A DNA stretch of 64,000 nucleotides from Nitrospirota bacterium (GTDB lineage: Bacteria; Nitrospirota; Thermodesulfovibrionia; Thermodesulfovibrionales; Dissulfurispiraceae): positions 19,237 to 83,236 of the forward strand of contig JBBIKS010000006.1 of assembly GCA_037445375.1 (NCBI GenBank), read 5' to 3'. Of this stretch, positions 10,845 to 20,069 are shown piece by piece. The translations under genes were made by a program, and so were the position numbers. The notes below the pieces were generated by a model. It was not told where the DNA came from. It did no database searches and worked only from the letters and a program-made list of their open reading frames with translations. Numbering within the stretch: position 1 is the first letter of the stretch; every line of letters starts with the position of its first letter.

Positions 10845-11291
10845 ATGAACAACTACGAATACGAAGATATAGATAATAAAGTAAGGGACCTGTCTGTAAT
10901 GTATGAAGTCGTTTTCTCGATGGGCACATACTTGGACATTAAAATGGAGGCAGATAATTTTATAGGGAAGGTGCTTAAACGTTTTGGTTATGATGTAGGC
11001 ACCATTATGATTAAGGATCAAGAAAGAAATATTTTTAGCATAGTATCTGCAAAAGGCTATTTTAAGACAGATGGACTAATTGGAACTGAATATACCGCTC
11101 AACAATTTGGTATTGAAGATGTCATAGTTAAGGGTAGTTCTATCGTTAAAAATGAACTGAGCAAGTCCGATAGAGAGTTAATCATCCTTTCATATCTTCG
11201 CTCAAAAGTTAACTCATATGCTTTCGTCCCAATATATTTTGAGAGTGAGCTTTTAGGAATATTAAGACTTCTTTCTCACAAAGGTCAATGA
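10845..11291 (+). CDS. GAF-like domain protein, possibly the detached N-terminus of the following kinase
   Basis: GAF-like sequence ends abruptly at ...LGILRLLSHKGQ. An ATGA overlap joins it to the next ORF. Confidence 0.45.
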   Translation: MNNYEYEDIDNKVRDLSVMYEVVFSMGTYLDIKMEADNFIGKVLKRFGYDVGTIMIKDQERNIFSIVSAKGYFKTDGLIGTEYTAQQFGIEDVIVKGSSIVKNELSKSDRELIILSYLRSKVNSYAFVPIYFESELLGILRLLSHKGQ

Positions 11292-12907
11292 GGATGGTAG
11301 AATCTCTGGTTCGCAGGTTTGGAACTATTCTGAATCATATTGCAGCGATAACTATTTTAAATACAACACAAGGGTTATTGTCAGATGAAAAAGAAAAGCT
11401 ATTTGTAACACTTCAAAGTATTGCTGATTCAGTTATCACAACCGATACCATAGGTAGAATAAGTTTTATGAATAAAAAAGCAGAAGAAATAACAGGCTGG
11501 TCCGCAAAAGAGGCTTCAGGACAACCTTTATCAAATATTTTTTGCATTATTAATAGTAAAACAGGTGAGGCATATGAGATCCCATTAGAAAAGGTTTTAA
11601 AGACGGGCATGACAGTCAGTCTTGGAAATAATGTTACTCTTATAGCAAAGAATGGGAGAAAGAAAATAATAGCAGCAGATAGTTTTGCTCCTATCAAAAA
11701 TAAAAGCGGTAAGATAATCGGGGTGGTATTGGTATTTAAAGACATCATAGAAAAAGAATTGATGGATAAAGAATTTATTAAGATGAAGAAGCTTGAATCG
11801 CTTGGACTGCTTGCAGGCGGCATCGCACATGACTTTAACAATTTACTTACTGCTATTCTGGGCAATATTGGTCTTGCTATGGCTTATCTGCCCCCGGAAC
11901 ATAAAACATATAGGCGGCTTCGTGAAAGCGAAAAGGCTTCATTAAAGGCAAGGGATTTAGTCAATCAATTGCTCACATTTTCTAAAGGAGGTGAGCCTGT
12001 TAAAAAGATTCTCTCCATTGCCACAGTAATAAAGGAAACAGTGAATCTGGCATTAATTGGTTCTAATATCAAGTGTGAAATTTTTATTCCCGATGATATA
12101 TGGAATGTGCTTATTGATGAAGGACAGATAGGCCAGGTTATCCATAATTTACTTCTTAATGCTTGTCAGGCAATGCCCTCAGGTGGAACAATCAAAGTGA
12201 TGTGCGAAAATACTTTTATAGAAAAAAAGGCCGTTTTACCTATTCCCATAGGTAAATATGTAAAAATATCTGTTCAGGATGAAGGTATTGGCATTTCCCA
12301 AGAAAACTTATCTAAAATTTTCGACCCTTACTATACTACAAAGCTAAAAGGCACTGGACTTGGTCTTTCAATAGCATACTCAATAATTAAAAAACACGGC
12401 GGCTATATTACTGTTGATTCCATCATAGGTAAAGGCACAACATTTGTATTTTATCTGCTCGCTTCTAAAAAAGCGGCAGAATCAATCAAAGAGACAAAAG
12501 ATAGTAAGGTTAAAAAATTATCGGATAAGAAAAAGCTACTCGTGATGGATGATGACGATATGATCCTTGATTTTGTAAAAGAGGTGCTGTCCGGGGCAGG
12601 ATATTATGTTGAATGTTCAAAAAACGGCGGGCAGGCTGTAGAATTATATAAAGAAGCAATAAGTGCAGGAGATCCATTCGATTTGGTCGTTCTTGATTTT
12701 ACAATCCCCGGTGGTATGGGCGGCAAAGAGACCATTAACAGGCTACTAAAGATAACCCCAGGAGTTAAGGCAATTGTGTCGTCTGGTTATTCTGCAGATC
12801 CGATAATGACTGAATATAAGAAGTATGGCTTCAGTAGTGTCTTAATAAAACCTTATAAAGTTGATGATTTATTAAGAACTGTAGAAATCGTGATTATGTC
12901 AGGGTAA
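11288..12907 (+). CDS. Hybrid sensor histidine kinase (PAS-HisKA-HATPase-REC)
   Basis: H-box GIAHDFNNLLTAI, the G-box GTGLGLS, and a C-terminal receiver (LVMDDDD...). Confidence 0.85.
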   Translation: MRMVESLVRRFGTILNHIAAITILNTTQGLLSDEKEKLFVTLQSIADSVITTDTIGRISFMNKKAEEITGWSAKEASGQPLSNIFCIINSKTGEAYEIPLEKVLKTGMTVSLGNNVTLIAKNGRKKIIAADSFAPIKNKSGKIIGVVLVFKDIIEKELMDKEFIKMKKLESLGLLAGGIAHDFNNLLTAILGNIGLAMAYLPPEHKTYRRLRESEKASLKARDLVNQLLTFSKGGEPVKKILSIATVIKETVNLALIGSNIKCEIFIPDDIWNVLIDEGQIGQVIHNLLLNACQAMPSGGTIKVMCENTFIEKKAVLPIPIGKYVKISVQDEGIGISQENLSKIFDPYYTTKLKGTGLGLSIAYSIIKKHGGYITVDSIIGKGTTFVFYLLASKKAAESIKETKDSKVKKLSDKKKLLVMDDDDMILDFVKEVLSGAGYYVECSKNGGQAVELYKEAISAGDPFDLVVLDFTIPGGMGGKETINRLLKITPGVKAIVSSGYSADPIMTEYKKYGFSSVLIKPYKVDDLLRTVEIVIMSG

Positions 12908-12983
12908 GAATTGAATGAAAGGGTTTTTCTGCAACCTTAATAGATACTTTGAACCCTTTGCATTTATTGGATTGAGGTAGTTT

Positions 12984-13733
12984 TTATACTTCTATGAAAA
13001 GCTTTCTAATTCTTTCTTGGATTGCTTCTGCCGCTGCTCTCGGATCCGGCGCTTTTTTGATAAGCCTGCCGACCACGATATAGTCAGCCCCATTTGAAAA
13101 GGCTTCTTCAACATCAACGATTCTTTTTTGATCATCAGAGGTCTTATTGAGGATAGGTCTGATTCCGGGCGCAACAATCAAAAACTTTTCTCCAAGGGAC
13201 TGTCTTAGTTCAAGAGCCTCTAATCCTGAAGATATAACCCCATCACAACCTATTTCCAAAGCCCTTCTCGCCCTTGAAAGGACAAGTTTTTTAATATCAA
13301 CCTGAAAGCCAAGGTCTTCGATATCTTTTTGGTCAAGGCTCGTAAGGGTAGTAACAGCGAGGATCTTTAAATCGCCCTTTTCTTTAACTGCGGCTTCTAA
13401 AATGGAGTCGTTGCCGTGAACAGTTGTAAAGGTTATCCCTTTACCGTGCAGCTTCTTTATTGCAGAGCGAACCGTCTCGGGGATATCGAAAAATTTGAGG
13501 TCAGCGAATATCTTTTTCTGTTTTTCGGCATGGAGCCAGTTGATAAGGCTAAAATAGCTGCCGGACATGAATAGTTCCAGCCCTATCTTATAAAAACTGA
13601 CAGCGTCTCCGAGTTTTTCAACAAGGCTACGGGCATCTTTTTCATTGGGAACATCTAAGGCAAAGATTAGTCTTTCTTGAGGCGGTATGTTTTTTTCTGA
13701 TAAAAATCTAGATTTTATCTCAGAACTCCTCAC
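12984..13733 (-). CDS. pyrF: Orotidine 5'-phosphate decarboxylase
   Basis: Motifs LIFALDV, KIGLELF and DLKFFDIPETV. Confidence 0.85.
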   Translation of the reverse strand: MRSSEIKSRFLSEKNIPPQERLIFALDVPNEKDARSLVEKLGDAVSFYKIGLELFMSGSYFSLINWLHAEKQKKIFADLKFFDIPETVRSAIKKLHGKGITFTTVHGNDSILEAAVKEKGDLKILAVTTLTSLDQKDIEDLGFQVDIKKLVLSRARRALEIGCDGVISSGLEALELRQSLGEKFLIVAPGIRPILNKTSDDQKRIVDVEEAFSNGADYIVVGRLIKKAPDPRAAAEAIQERIRKLFIEV

Positions 13734-14196
13734 TATCTGTTTCTTTGTCCTGATCTTCTATTGATTTAAATATATTCCCCATAGAGTCGGCAAGCTGAAG
13801 TCCTTTGTTTCTGCCTGAAAACCTTAATGCATCTTCAATTAAAACTGGGGAATCCGGTAAGTCCGAGAGATATACGCCTCTTTTAGTAACCTTGTAACCT
13901 TCCAAATCTGTTTTCAACCCGTTTTTAGAGGCGATAACTCTTCTTATAATAATATAAGCATATTTTTTCTTGAGCAGCGAAATGATAGACTTTAGATATT
14001 TTATAGCAGCATTCCAGTTTTCAAATGAGAACTCTACTTCAGAGTGAATAAATATCTCGTTGTCACTTATATCAATAGAGCTTATATGAACGCCTTTGGA
14101 AAGGCTCCAGAGGGCTTCTATTATTTTTTGGGATGGTGTGTTTATCGGGCTTGGAAGTTTTATATAAAAAGCCCTGATTTCTCTCTGAATTTCCAT
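13720..14196 (-). CDS. Hypothetical protein (158 aa, Cys-free, acidic C-terminal tail)
   Basis: ORF overlaps the pyrF start by 14 nt. No family recognised. Confidence 0.45.
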   Translation of the reverse strand: MEIQREIRAFYIKLPSPINTPSQKIIEALWSLSKGVHISSIDISDNEIFIHSEVEFSFENWNAAIKYLKSIISLLKKKYAYIIIRRVIASKNGLKTDLEGYKVTKRGVYLSDLPDSPVLIEDALRFSGRNKGLQLADSMGNIFKSIEDQDKETDSEEF

Positions 14197-14328
14197 GAGG
14201 TTATTATAGCATTTAAGTAAAATTTTTTCTGAATAATTAAATCCAGAAATAAATGTTGGTTATGCCTTCTGTCGGAGGCAAGACAGAAGACGATTATGAT
14301 TTTAGGCTATTAAATCGTCTCGGGCAGA

Positions 14329-15747
14329 TTATCTCAACGATTGTATTATGCCGCCAACGAGGCATTCTATTTCATGATTCTGGACTGTCCTCATATCTAA
14401 AATCAGCCGGTTATCATTTATTCTTGCAATTATGGGCAGGGTGTTTTTTCTGAGTCTCTTTTCAAGTAAATTAACAGAGATATTATATGGCTCTATTGAG
14501 ACTGCGAATGTTTCAAATTGAATCTCAGGAAGCGCTCCGCCGCCTGACTGGGAATAGTCTTTGATAATGTTAATTTCTGCATGATCATAAATTGAAAAAT
14601 CAGGCTGTATTTTTAGTCTTGATAATACCTTTTCAGCCCTTATTTTAATTGTTTCTTTATCTTCTAAAAGCATTCGCAATGTCGGTATTTCAATTTTTGC
14701 TTTTTCTTCATCAAGATATACTCTGAGAGTTGCCTCAAAAGCGGCAAGGGTCATTTTGTCAACTCTCAGTGCACGCATCAGTGGGTTTTGGGATATTTGT
14801 TCAATCAATTCAGATTTTGCTGCTATTATTCCCCCCTGTGGCCCCCCCAGCAGTTTATCACCGCTAAAGGTGACTATATCAACGCCCGCTTCTATAATCT
14901 CCTGAACCGAGGGCTCAATATGAATGCCGTATGGTTTAAGGTCAATAAGGCATCCGCTGCCAAGGTCGAACATTACAGGGAGATTAAATTTATTGCCTAC
15001 TGCAACAAGTTCTTGCATGGAAAGGGATTTAGTGAAACCGATCATTCTGAAATTAGACTGGTGGACTTTTAATAAGAGGGCTGTATTTTCATTAATAGCT
15101 CTCTCATAATCATGAATGTGCGTTTTGTTTGTAGTGCCTACCTCTTTCAGTATCGCACCGCTGCCAGCCATCACATCGGGTATCCTGAATGAGCCGCCTA
15201 TCTCGACTAATTCACCCCTTGAGACAATCACCTCCTTGCCTTTTGCGAGGGTATTCAGGCAAATAAGAACAGCAGCAGCATTATTATTGACAATTAAACT
15301 GTTCTCTGCTCCTGTTATTTCATTAAGTAATTGCTGTATATGCGAATATCTTTTGCCCCTTGCTCCTTTTTCCATATCATATTCAAGGTTTGAATATCCA
15401 CAGGCAATCTCTTTAACGTGCTGAATGACACCCTCAGAAATAATAGATCTACCGAGGTTGGTATGAATTACAACTCCTGTTGCATTAATTACAGGGATGA
15501 GGCTGAATGCAAAAAGTTTTTGTATTTTTTTATCTATTTTATCAAGTATTGCATCACGGCTGATATCTGCCTTAGCCCCGTTGAGGATATCGCTTCTTAT
15601 ATTCTCGATGACCTCTCGGACGGCTTGAAGCACATACTTTCTTGGGTATTTTTGTTGCCAAAGCAGTCCACTCTGGGATTTCAGAACTTCATCAACAGAA
15701 GGCAGACTGGATAGTAAGTATTTAGTACCATTCATCCGATAATACAC
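14329..15747 (-). CDS. selA: L-seryl-tRNA(Sec) selenium transferase
   Basis: PLP-lysine motif FSGDKLLGGPQGGII and a SelA-type N-terminus (LPSVDEVL). Confidence 0.9.
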   Translation of the reverse strand: MYYRMNGTKYLLSSLPSVDEVLKSQSGLLWQQKYPRKYVLQAVREVIENIRSDILNGAKADISRDAILDKIDKKIQKLFAFSLIPVINATGVVIHTNLGRSIISEGVIQHVKEIACGYSNLEYDMEKGARGKRYSHIQQLLNEITGAENSLIVNNNAAAVLICLNTLAKGKEVIVSRGELVEIGGSFRIPDVMAGSGAILKEVGTTNKTHIHDYERAINENTALLLKVHQSNFRMIGFTKSLSMQELVAVGNKFNLPVMFDLGSGCLIDLKPYGIHIEPSVQEIIEAGVDIVTFSGDKLLGGPQGGIIAAKSELIEQISQNPLMRALRVDKMTLAAFEATLRVYLDEEKAKIEIPTLRMLLEDKETIKIRAEKVLSRLKIQPDFSIYDHAEINIIKDYSQSGGGALPEIQFETFAVSIEPYNISVNLLEKRLRKNTLPIIARINDNRLILDMRTVQNHEIECLVGGIIQSLR

Positions 15748-15962
15748 CTTTTTTAAATGAATTATATAATATAGCTTTTAATATTCTTTTCCGTCAAAGG
15801 GGTTGGACTCGGAAAAATAGCAAATTCCAAACAAGAATTACAAGATTCCTCGCATTCATTCGGAATGATCATTTTTATATCTATTTCTGAGAGCCCAATA
15901 TTTATTATACTGCTCAAGTTTCTGATATAATATATAAAAATCATCAAAAAAAGGAGCGTCCA

Positions 15963-16364
15963 ATCGAAAGCAAAGCCAAAGCAATCTTAGCAGCGAAGGC
16001 ATCCATTGAAAAGAAGGCAATGGATGTTACTATCCTTGAATTAAAAGATCTTACCTTTATCGCAGATTATTATGTAATCTGTTCGGCATCCAATATTATC
16101 CAGGTCAGGACAATAGTTGAGAATATCGAGAAGGTTTTGATGCAGTCCGGCATAAAGCCGATTGGGATTGAGGGGTTGAATTATGCCCGCTGGGTTCTTG
16201 TGGATTATGGAGATGTAATTGTTCATATCTTTGAAGAACAGATGAGACTATATTACAGCCTTGAAAAATTTTGGCTTGATGCACCGCAGATAAAATTAGA
16301 TTATGAAAATTCGGATTCTATGGGTAGGCAGGACGAAAGAGGGGTATCTCAGCGAGGGAATTAA
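15963..16364 (+). CDS. rsfS: Ribosomal silencing factor RsfS, probable non-canonical ATC start
   Basis: Motifs DYYVICSASN and GDVIVHIF..R.YY.LEKFW. The conserved first helix lies upstream of the first ATG (16020). An AAGGAG SD sits 6 nt before the ATC at 15963. Confidence 0.75.
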   Translation: MESKAKAILAAKASIEKKAMDVTILELKDLTFIADYYVICSASNIIQVRTIVENIEKVLMQSGIKPIGIEGLNYARWVLVDYGDVIVHIFEEQMRLYYSLEKFWLDAPQIKLDYENSDSMGRQDERGVSQRGN

Positions 16365-16740
16365 TTACTACCTGAAACTGCTTCAAGGTGCAATCAAATT
16401 AAATATAGTCGAGATCAAGGCTTCAAAAATCGGAGACCGGCAAAGGATAGTATCTGAAGAGGGCAAAAGAATCCTTGCTCAGAGCTCATCTTATATCTTG
16501 CTCGATGAAAAAGGCTCTGAAATGAACTCAAGGGAATTTGCAGCTTTCTTGTCTGGCAGGGATTCAACGGACTTCGTTATTGGCGGGCACATTGGAGTCT
16601 CTGACGAGGTTAAAAAAAATGCCAGCCTTGCGATATCCCTCTCCAAATTGACCTTTACCCATGAGATGGTTAGATTGATATTTCTTGAGCAGCTATATCG
16701 CTCAGTCACAATTATAAAAGGTAAGGATTATCATCACTGA
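16303..16740 (+). CDS. rlmH: 23S rRNA (pseudouridine1915-N3)-methyltransferase
   Basis: MKIRILWVGRTKE..., SPOUT fold size (145 aa), adjacent to rsfS. Confidence 0.9.
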   Translation: MKIRILWVGRTKEGYLSEGINYYLKLLQGAIKLNIVEIKASKIGDRQRIVSEEGKRILAQSSSYILLDEKGSEMNSREFAAFLSGRDSTDFVIGGHIGVSDEVKKNASLAISLSKLTFTHEMVRLIFLEQLYRSVTIIKGKDYHH

Positions 16741-18044
16741 TGGGCAAAGTAGTCATTTTAATTTTTTTATTGATTCTTGGAGTTTTGGGCTTATTTGCGT
16801 TGGAAAACAGGGAGGCTATGAACATAAAGATTCCCTTTGGAGATAACTATGAAATCTCCAAAGCTGCCTTTCTGATTTTATCGTCAACTATTGGGGCGCT
16901 GATTATATTAATGATATTTTTTGTAAGGGATTCAAAAAAGGCAATTGATAATCTTAAATCTGTAAAAAGGCATAAACAAGAGGAAAAGATTCTTCAATAC
17001 TATACAATGGGGTTGAATGCAATTCTTGCTCAAAAGGATGAAGAAGCAAAAGGCTCTTTAAAAAACATATTGAAAATAGATTCAGGACATATCGAGTCTC
17101 TTCTCAGGCTTGGTGATATAGCTATGAAAGAGATGGACTACAAGACCGCCCTTGAGTATTATAGAAAATCTTATGATTTAAGCCGTTCAAACTTGCAGAC
17201 TTTATTGTCTTTAGCTGATGTTTATGAAAAAATGGAGCTTAATGACGATGTGCTGAGATATCTTGATGAAATCCTTGCTCTCGACCCTGATAATCTAACG
17301 GCTCTCTATAGAAAACGTTCTATTTTCGAGAAAAAACAAAGGTGGGATGACCTTCTTACAATCCAGATGTTCATCATAAATCTTCAAAGATATGAGAAGG
17401 AAAAAGAGCAGCAGAGAATGATAGCTTACAAATATGAATATGCAAGGGCAGCTATGCAGAATGGCGAATTTGATGAGGCTCGGAAGGTTTTTAAGTCTCT
17501 GCTTAAGATGGACTCAGGTTTTATACCTGCATATATCGAACTGGCAGATGTTTTATCTCGGGAAGGGGAATTTCAGGCTGCAGCTAATCTCCTTGAAAAT
17601 GCTTATGAAGAGCTTAAATCAATTGTACTTCTGTTAAAAATCGAGGATTTGCTAATCAACACTGGAGAGTCGGGCAGAATAATAAGAGCTTATAAAGATG
17701 CAATTTTGAAAAATCCCAATGATAACAGATTGAAATTTCTTCTTGGCAGGGCATACTCAAGACTTGATAAGTCTCTTGAATCACTTGAAATCCTTGAATC
17801 ATTAAATAATGTTATACCCTCGCCTGAATTCTATGTATTAAGAGGAGAGCTTTATTTAGAACAAAACCAAAATCTGAAGGCTCTGGAGGATTTAAAAAAG
17901 GCATTAGCATTACATAAGTCTTCCCAGATGATTTATAGCTGTTTAAAGTGCGGCAAAAAATCTTATGAATGGTTAGGGAGATGCGATAACTGTATGGAGT
18001 ACAATACATATTCGGTAGATATCAATGGAATCACTAAATCATAA
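16740..18044 (+). CDS. lapB: LapB/YciM-like TPR protein with a fused LapA-like two-TM N-terminus and a C-terminal rubredoxin-type Zn site
   Basis: Two N-terminal TM helices flank ENREAMNIKIPFG. TPR repeats follow. C-terminal CLKCG...RCDNC. Confidence 0.7.
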   Translation: MGKVVILIFLLILGVLGLFALENREAMNIKIPFGDNYEISKAAFLILSSTIGALIILMIFFVRDSKKAIDNLKSVKRHKQEEKILQYYTMGLNAILAQKDEEAKGSLKNILKIDSGHIESLLRLGDIAMKEMDYKTALEYYRKSYDLSRSNLQTLLSLADVYEKMELNDDVLRYLDEILALDPDNLTALYRKRSIFEKKQRWDDLLTIQMFIINLQRYEKEKEQQRMIAYKYEYARAAMQNGEFDEARKVFKSLLKMDSGFIPAYIELADVLSREGEFQAAANLLENAYEELKSIVLLLKIEDLLINTGESGRIIRAYKDAILKNPNDNRLKFLLGRAYSRLDKSLESLEILESLNNVIPSPEFYVLRGELYLEQNQNLKALEDLKKALALHKSSQMIYSCLKCGKKSYEWLGRCDNCMEYNTYSVDINGITKS

Positions 18045-18696
18045 AGAAATTAAAAAAGATGAACCTCAGAAAAGCCCATCGCACAATCACTTAGGGACTG
18101 CTATAGTAAAAATTGTTCTCGATACAAGTCTTTTTGTAAATCCTGATGTAAGGAATGCTCTTGGGAAGTCGCCATTTGAGGCATTTGAGACATTTCTTAC
18201 CTTGGCTGAACAGCTTCCATCAATGGAATTTTATATGCCTCCATCGGCATTCAGGGAGCTTCTTCAGTTTGTAGGCAAGGATAAGATTCCACCAAGGCTT
18301 TTGTTGCACCTCTATCAGAAACCTCCTAAAAAATATGAACTTAAGTGTCCAGCATTTCTTTTGTATGAGCTTATAGAAGACATGAGAGAAAGAATTAATA
18401 AAGGTCTGAGAATATCAGAAAATGCTATTAGAAGTGCTGAAAAGATCGGTACAGATGAAAACATCAAGGATCTTAGGAGAAAATACAGAGAGGCTCTGCG
18501 AGAAGGCATAATTGACAGTAAGGAAGATGTAGATATTCTTCTTCTCGCTATGGAACTGGATGCCCTTATGATAACCGCTGACCAGGGGTTGATAAAATGG
18601 GCTGAAAAACTTGGGATTAAATGGCTTATACCTGAAATGTTTAAAGATTACCTTGTGAGTGCAATAAAACAAAGAGAGGTTGTTGCGAACCTGTAA
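18025..18696 (+). CDS. PIN_5/UPF0278-family protein, HARP-type (candidate RNA-free RNase P)
   Basis: Motifs VLDTSLFVNPDVR, RERINKGLRI and KYREALREGIIDSKEDVDILLLAMELDALMITADQGL. Confidence 0.65.
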   Translation: MESLNHKEIKKDEPQKSPSHNHLGTAIVKIVLDTSLFVNPDVRNALGKSPFEAFETFLTLAEQLPSMEFYMPPSAFRELLQFVGKDKIPPRLLLHLYQKPPKKYELKCPAFLLYELIEDMRERINKGLRISENAIRSAEKIGTDENIKDLRRKYREALREGIIDSKEDVDILLLAMELDALMITADQGLIKWAEKLGIKWLIPEMFKDYLVSAIKQREVVANL

Positions 18697-18735
18697 CCCA
18701 AAAGATGTATATTTTAGGTTTGACCCTATAAACTA

Positions 18736-19509
18736 TTGAATACCTTAGAGCTTTATAAATTGCTTCCAAAAAAAAATTGTGGTGAATGTCACCAAAAGTT
18801 GTGCATGCCTTTTGCGTTTGCGGTAACTAAAGGAGAATCGGATATCTCGGAATGCCCGATTTTAAGTGTTCAAGAGATAGAATCTATCAGGGGTTCTCTT
18901 GTTAAATTAGACTGGCGTGAAGACTTAATATCAAAGTTAAAAGATGAGGTTAGTAAAATAAGCTTTACTAAAATAGCAGATGGTATCGGCGCAAAACTAA
19001 AGGATGGTGACTTGATTTTGCAATGCATCGGCAGAGAATTTCTGATATCTTCAGATGGTAAGATAACAGCTATAGGGCATATAACGTCATGGGTTAAAAT
19101 ACTCCTTCTTAATTATATTAAAACCAGCGGGAATGTTGATTTATCAGGCAAGTGGGTCTCTTTCAGTGAATTAAAAAATGGTATGCTCAAATCCATCACT
19201 TTTAAAATGGAGTGCGAAGACCCGCTAAATAAAATTTTAAACAGCTCAATGGACAAGGCTGAACTTATCCTAACAAGGTTGGGAGCGCAGAGACAAAATG
19301 GCTTTCCGACTAAATATGCGTGGCATATTTATCTGCTCCCAAAAATTCCAATATTGCTCCTTCATTGGCAGGATGAAGATGATTTCCCCTCACAAACTAA
19401 AATACTTCTTGATTTCACAGCAGAAAGCTTTCTTGATGTAGAGTCGCTTCTCTTTCTTGTTGAAGAAATGATTAAAGATATTGAATACGGACTTGATCCG
19501 TTGAGATAG
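18736..19509 (+). CDS. Fe-S cluster domain (CdhD/RnfB N-terminal type) plus DUF3786-like protein
   Basis: N-terminal NCGECHQKLCMPFAFAV...ECP. TTG start. Confidence 0.55.
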   Translation: MNTLELYKLLPKKNCGECHQKLCMPFAFAVTKGESDISECPILSVQEIESIRGSLVKLDWREDLISKLKDEVSKISFTKIADGIGAKLKDGDLILQCIGREFLISSDGKITAIGHITSWVKILLLNYIKTSGNVDLSGKWVSFSELKNGMLKSITFKMECEDPLNKILNSSMDKAELILTRLGAQRQNGFPTKYAWHIYLLPKIPILLLHWQDEDDFPSQTKILLDFTAESFLDVESLLFLVEEMIKDIEYGLDPLR

Positions 19510-19572
19510 AGCTACTTGTCCTTTATTCTACATTACAATTAAGTAGAACCGCTCTGCTTCTGATAATTCTGC

Positions 19573-20022
19573 CTATTTCTTTATGTTTTTAAGCAGCTTT
19601 TTTTCGGCTTCACTGAGTTCGATCTTTGCCTCAACAAGCCTTTTGTAATAATTATTAGCTTTTTCCATATTTTTTGCTGCTACTGCCTTTAGAAGGTCTC
19701 CCTCCAACTCTGCAACCTCAAGGCGCTTATAATAGTCAAGCATTTCCATAAAATGTGCCATAACAATCATACCTGTGAGGATTGGGTGATTATTTGTGAC
19801 ATTATATGACTTAAATATTGTGCCATGCTCAAGCTCCACCTCGAGCCCTGCTTGAAAATCCTCAACTGAGATATTTAGATTATCAAGATTAACCTTAGAG
19901 AGAATTATCTTTGCTTCTTCAGATGTAACAGAGGGCTTTTTCAGTTTAGTCCAGTCCCTTATTTTGAGCTCTTTGCAAACCATTCTTACTTCTTCCTTTG
20001 TAACATATTCTTTTATTTTCAT
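19573..20022 (-). CDS. Hypothetical protein (GLEVELEHG motif, DUF5661-like)
   Basis: Start moved to MKIKEY, which has a GGAGG SD 5 nt upstream. The longer ORF runs into repeat DNA. Confidence 0.5.
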   Translation of the reverse strand: MKIKEYVTKEEVRMVCKELKIRDWTKLKKPSVTSEEAKIILSKVNLDNLNISVEDFQAGLEVELEHGTIFKSYNVTNNHPILTGMIVMAHFMEMLDYYKRLEVAELEGDLLKAVAAKNMEKANNYYKRLVEAKIELSEAEKKLLKNIKK

Positions 20023-20069
20023 CCTATCCTCCATTTTAAATAGTTTTATAAGCACCTTCATAATGAGGA

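Noticed and set aside
12918-12959. Bidirectional terminator between the kinase gene and pyrF
   Set aside because: There is an 8-bp stem (AAAGGGTT/AACCCTTT), but the loop is 26 nt and the U-tracts are weak. That is too uncertain to call.
14197-15960. tRNA-Sec (selC) flanking selA
   Set aside because: Neither spacer folds into a tRNA with a long acceptor or variable arm and a UCA anticodon. They contain only simple hairpins and a short repeat.
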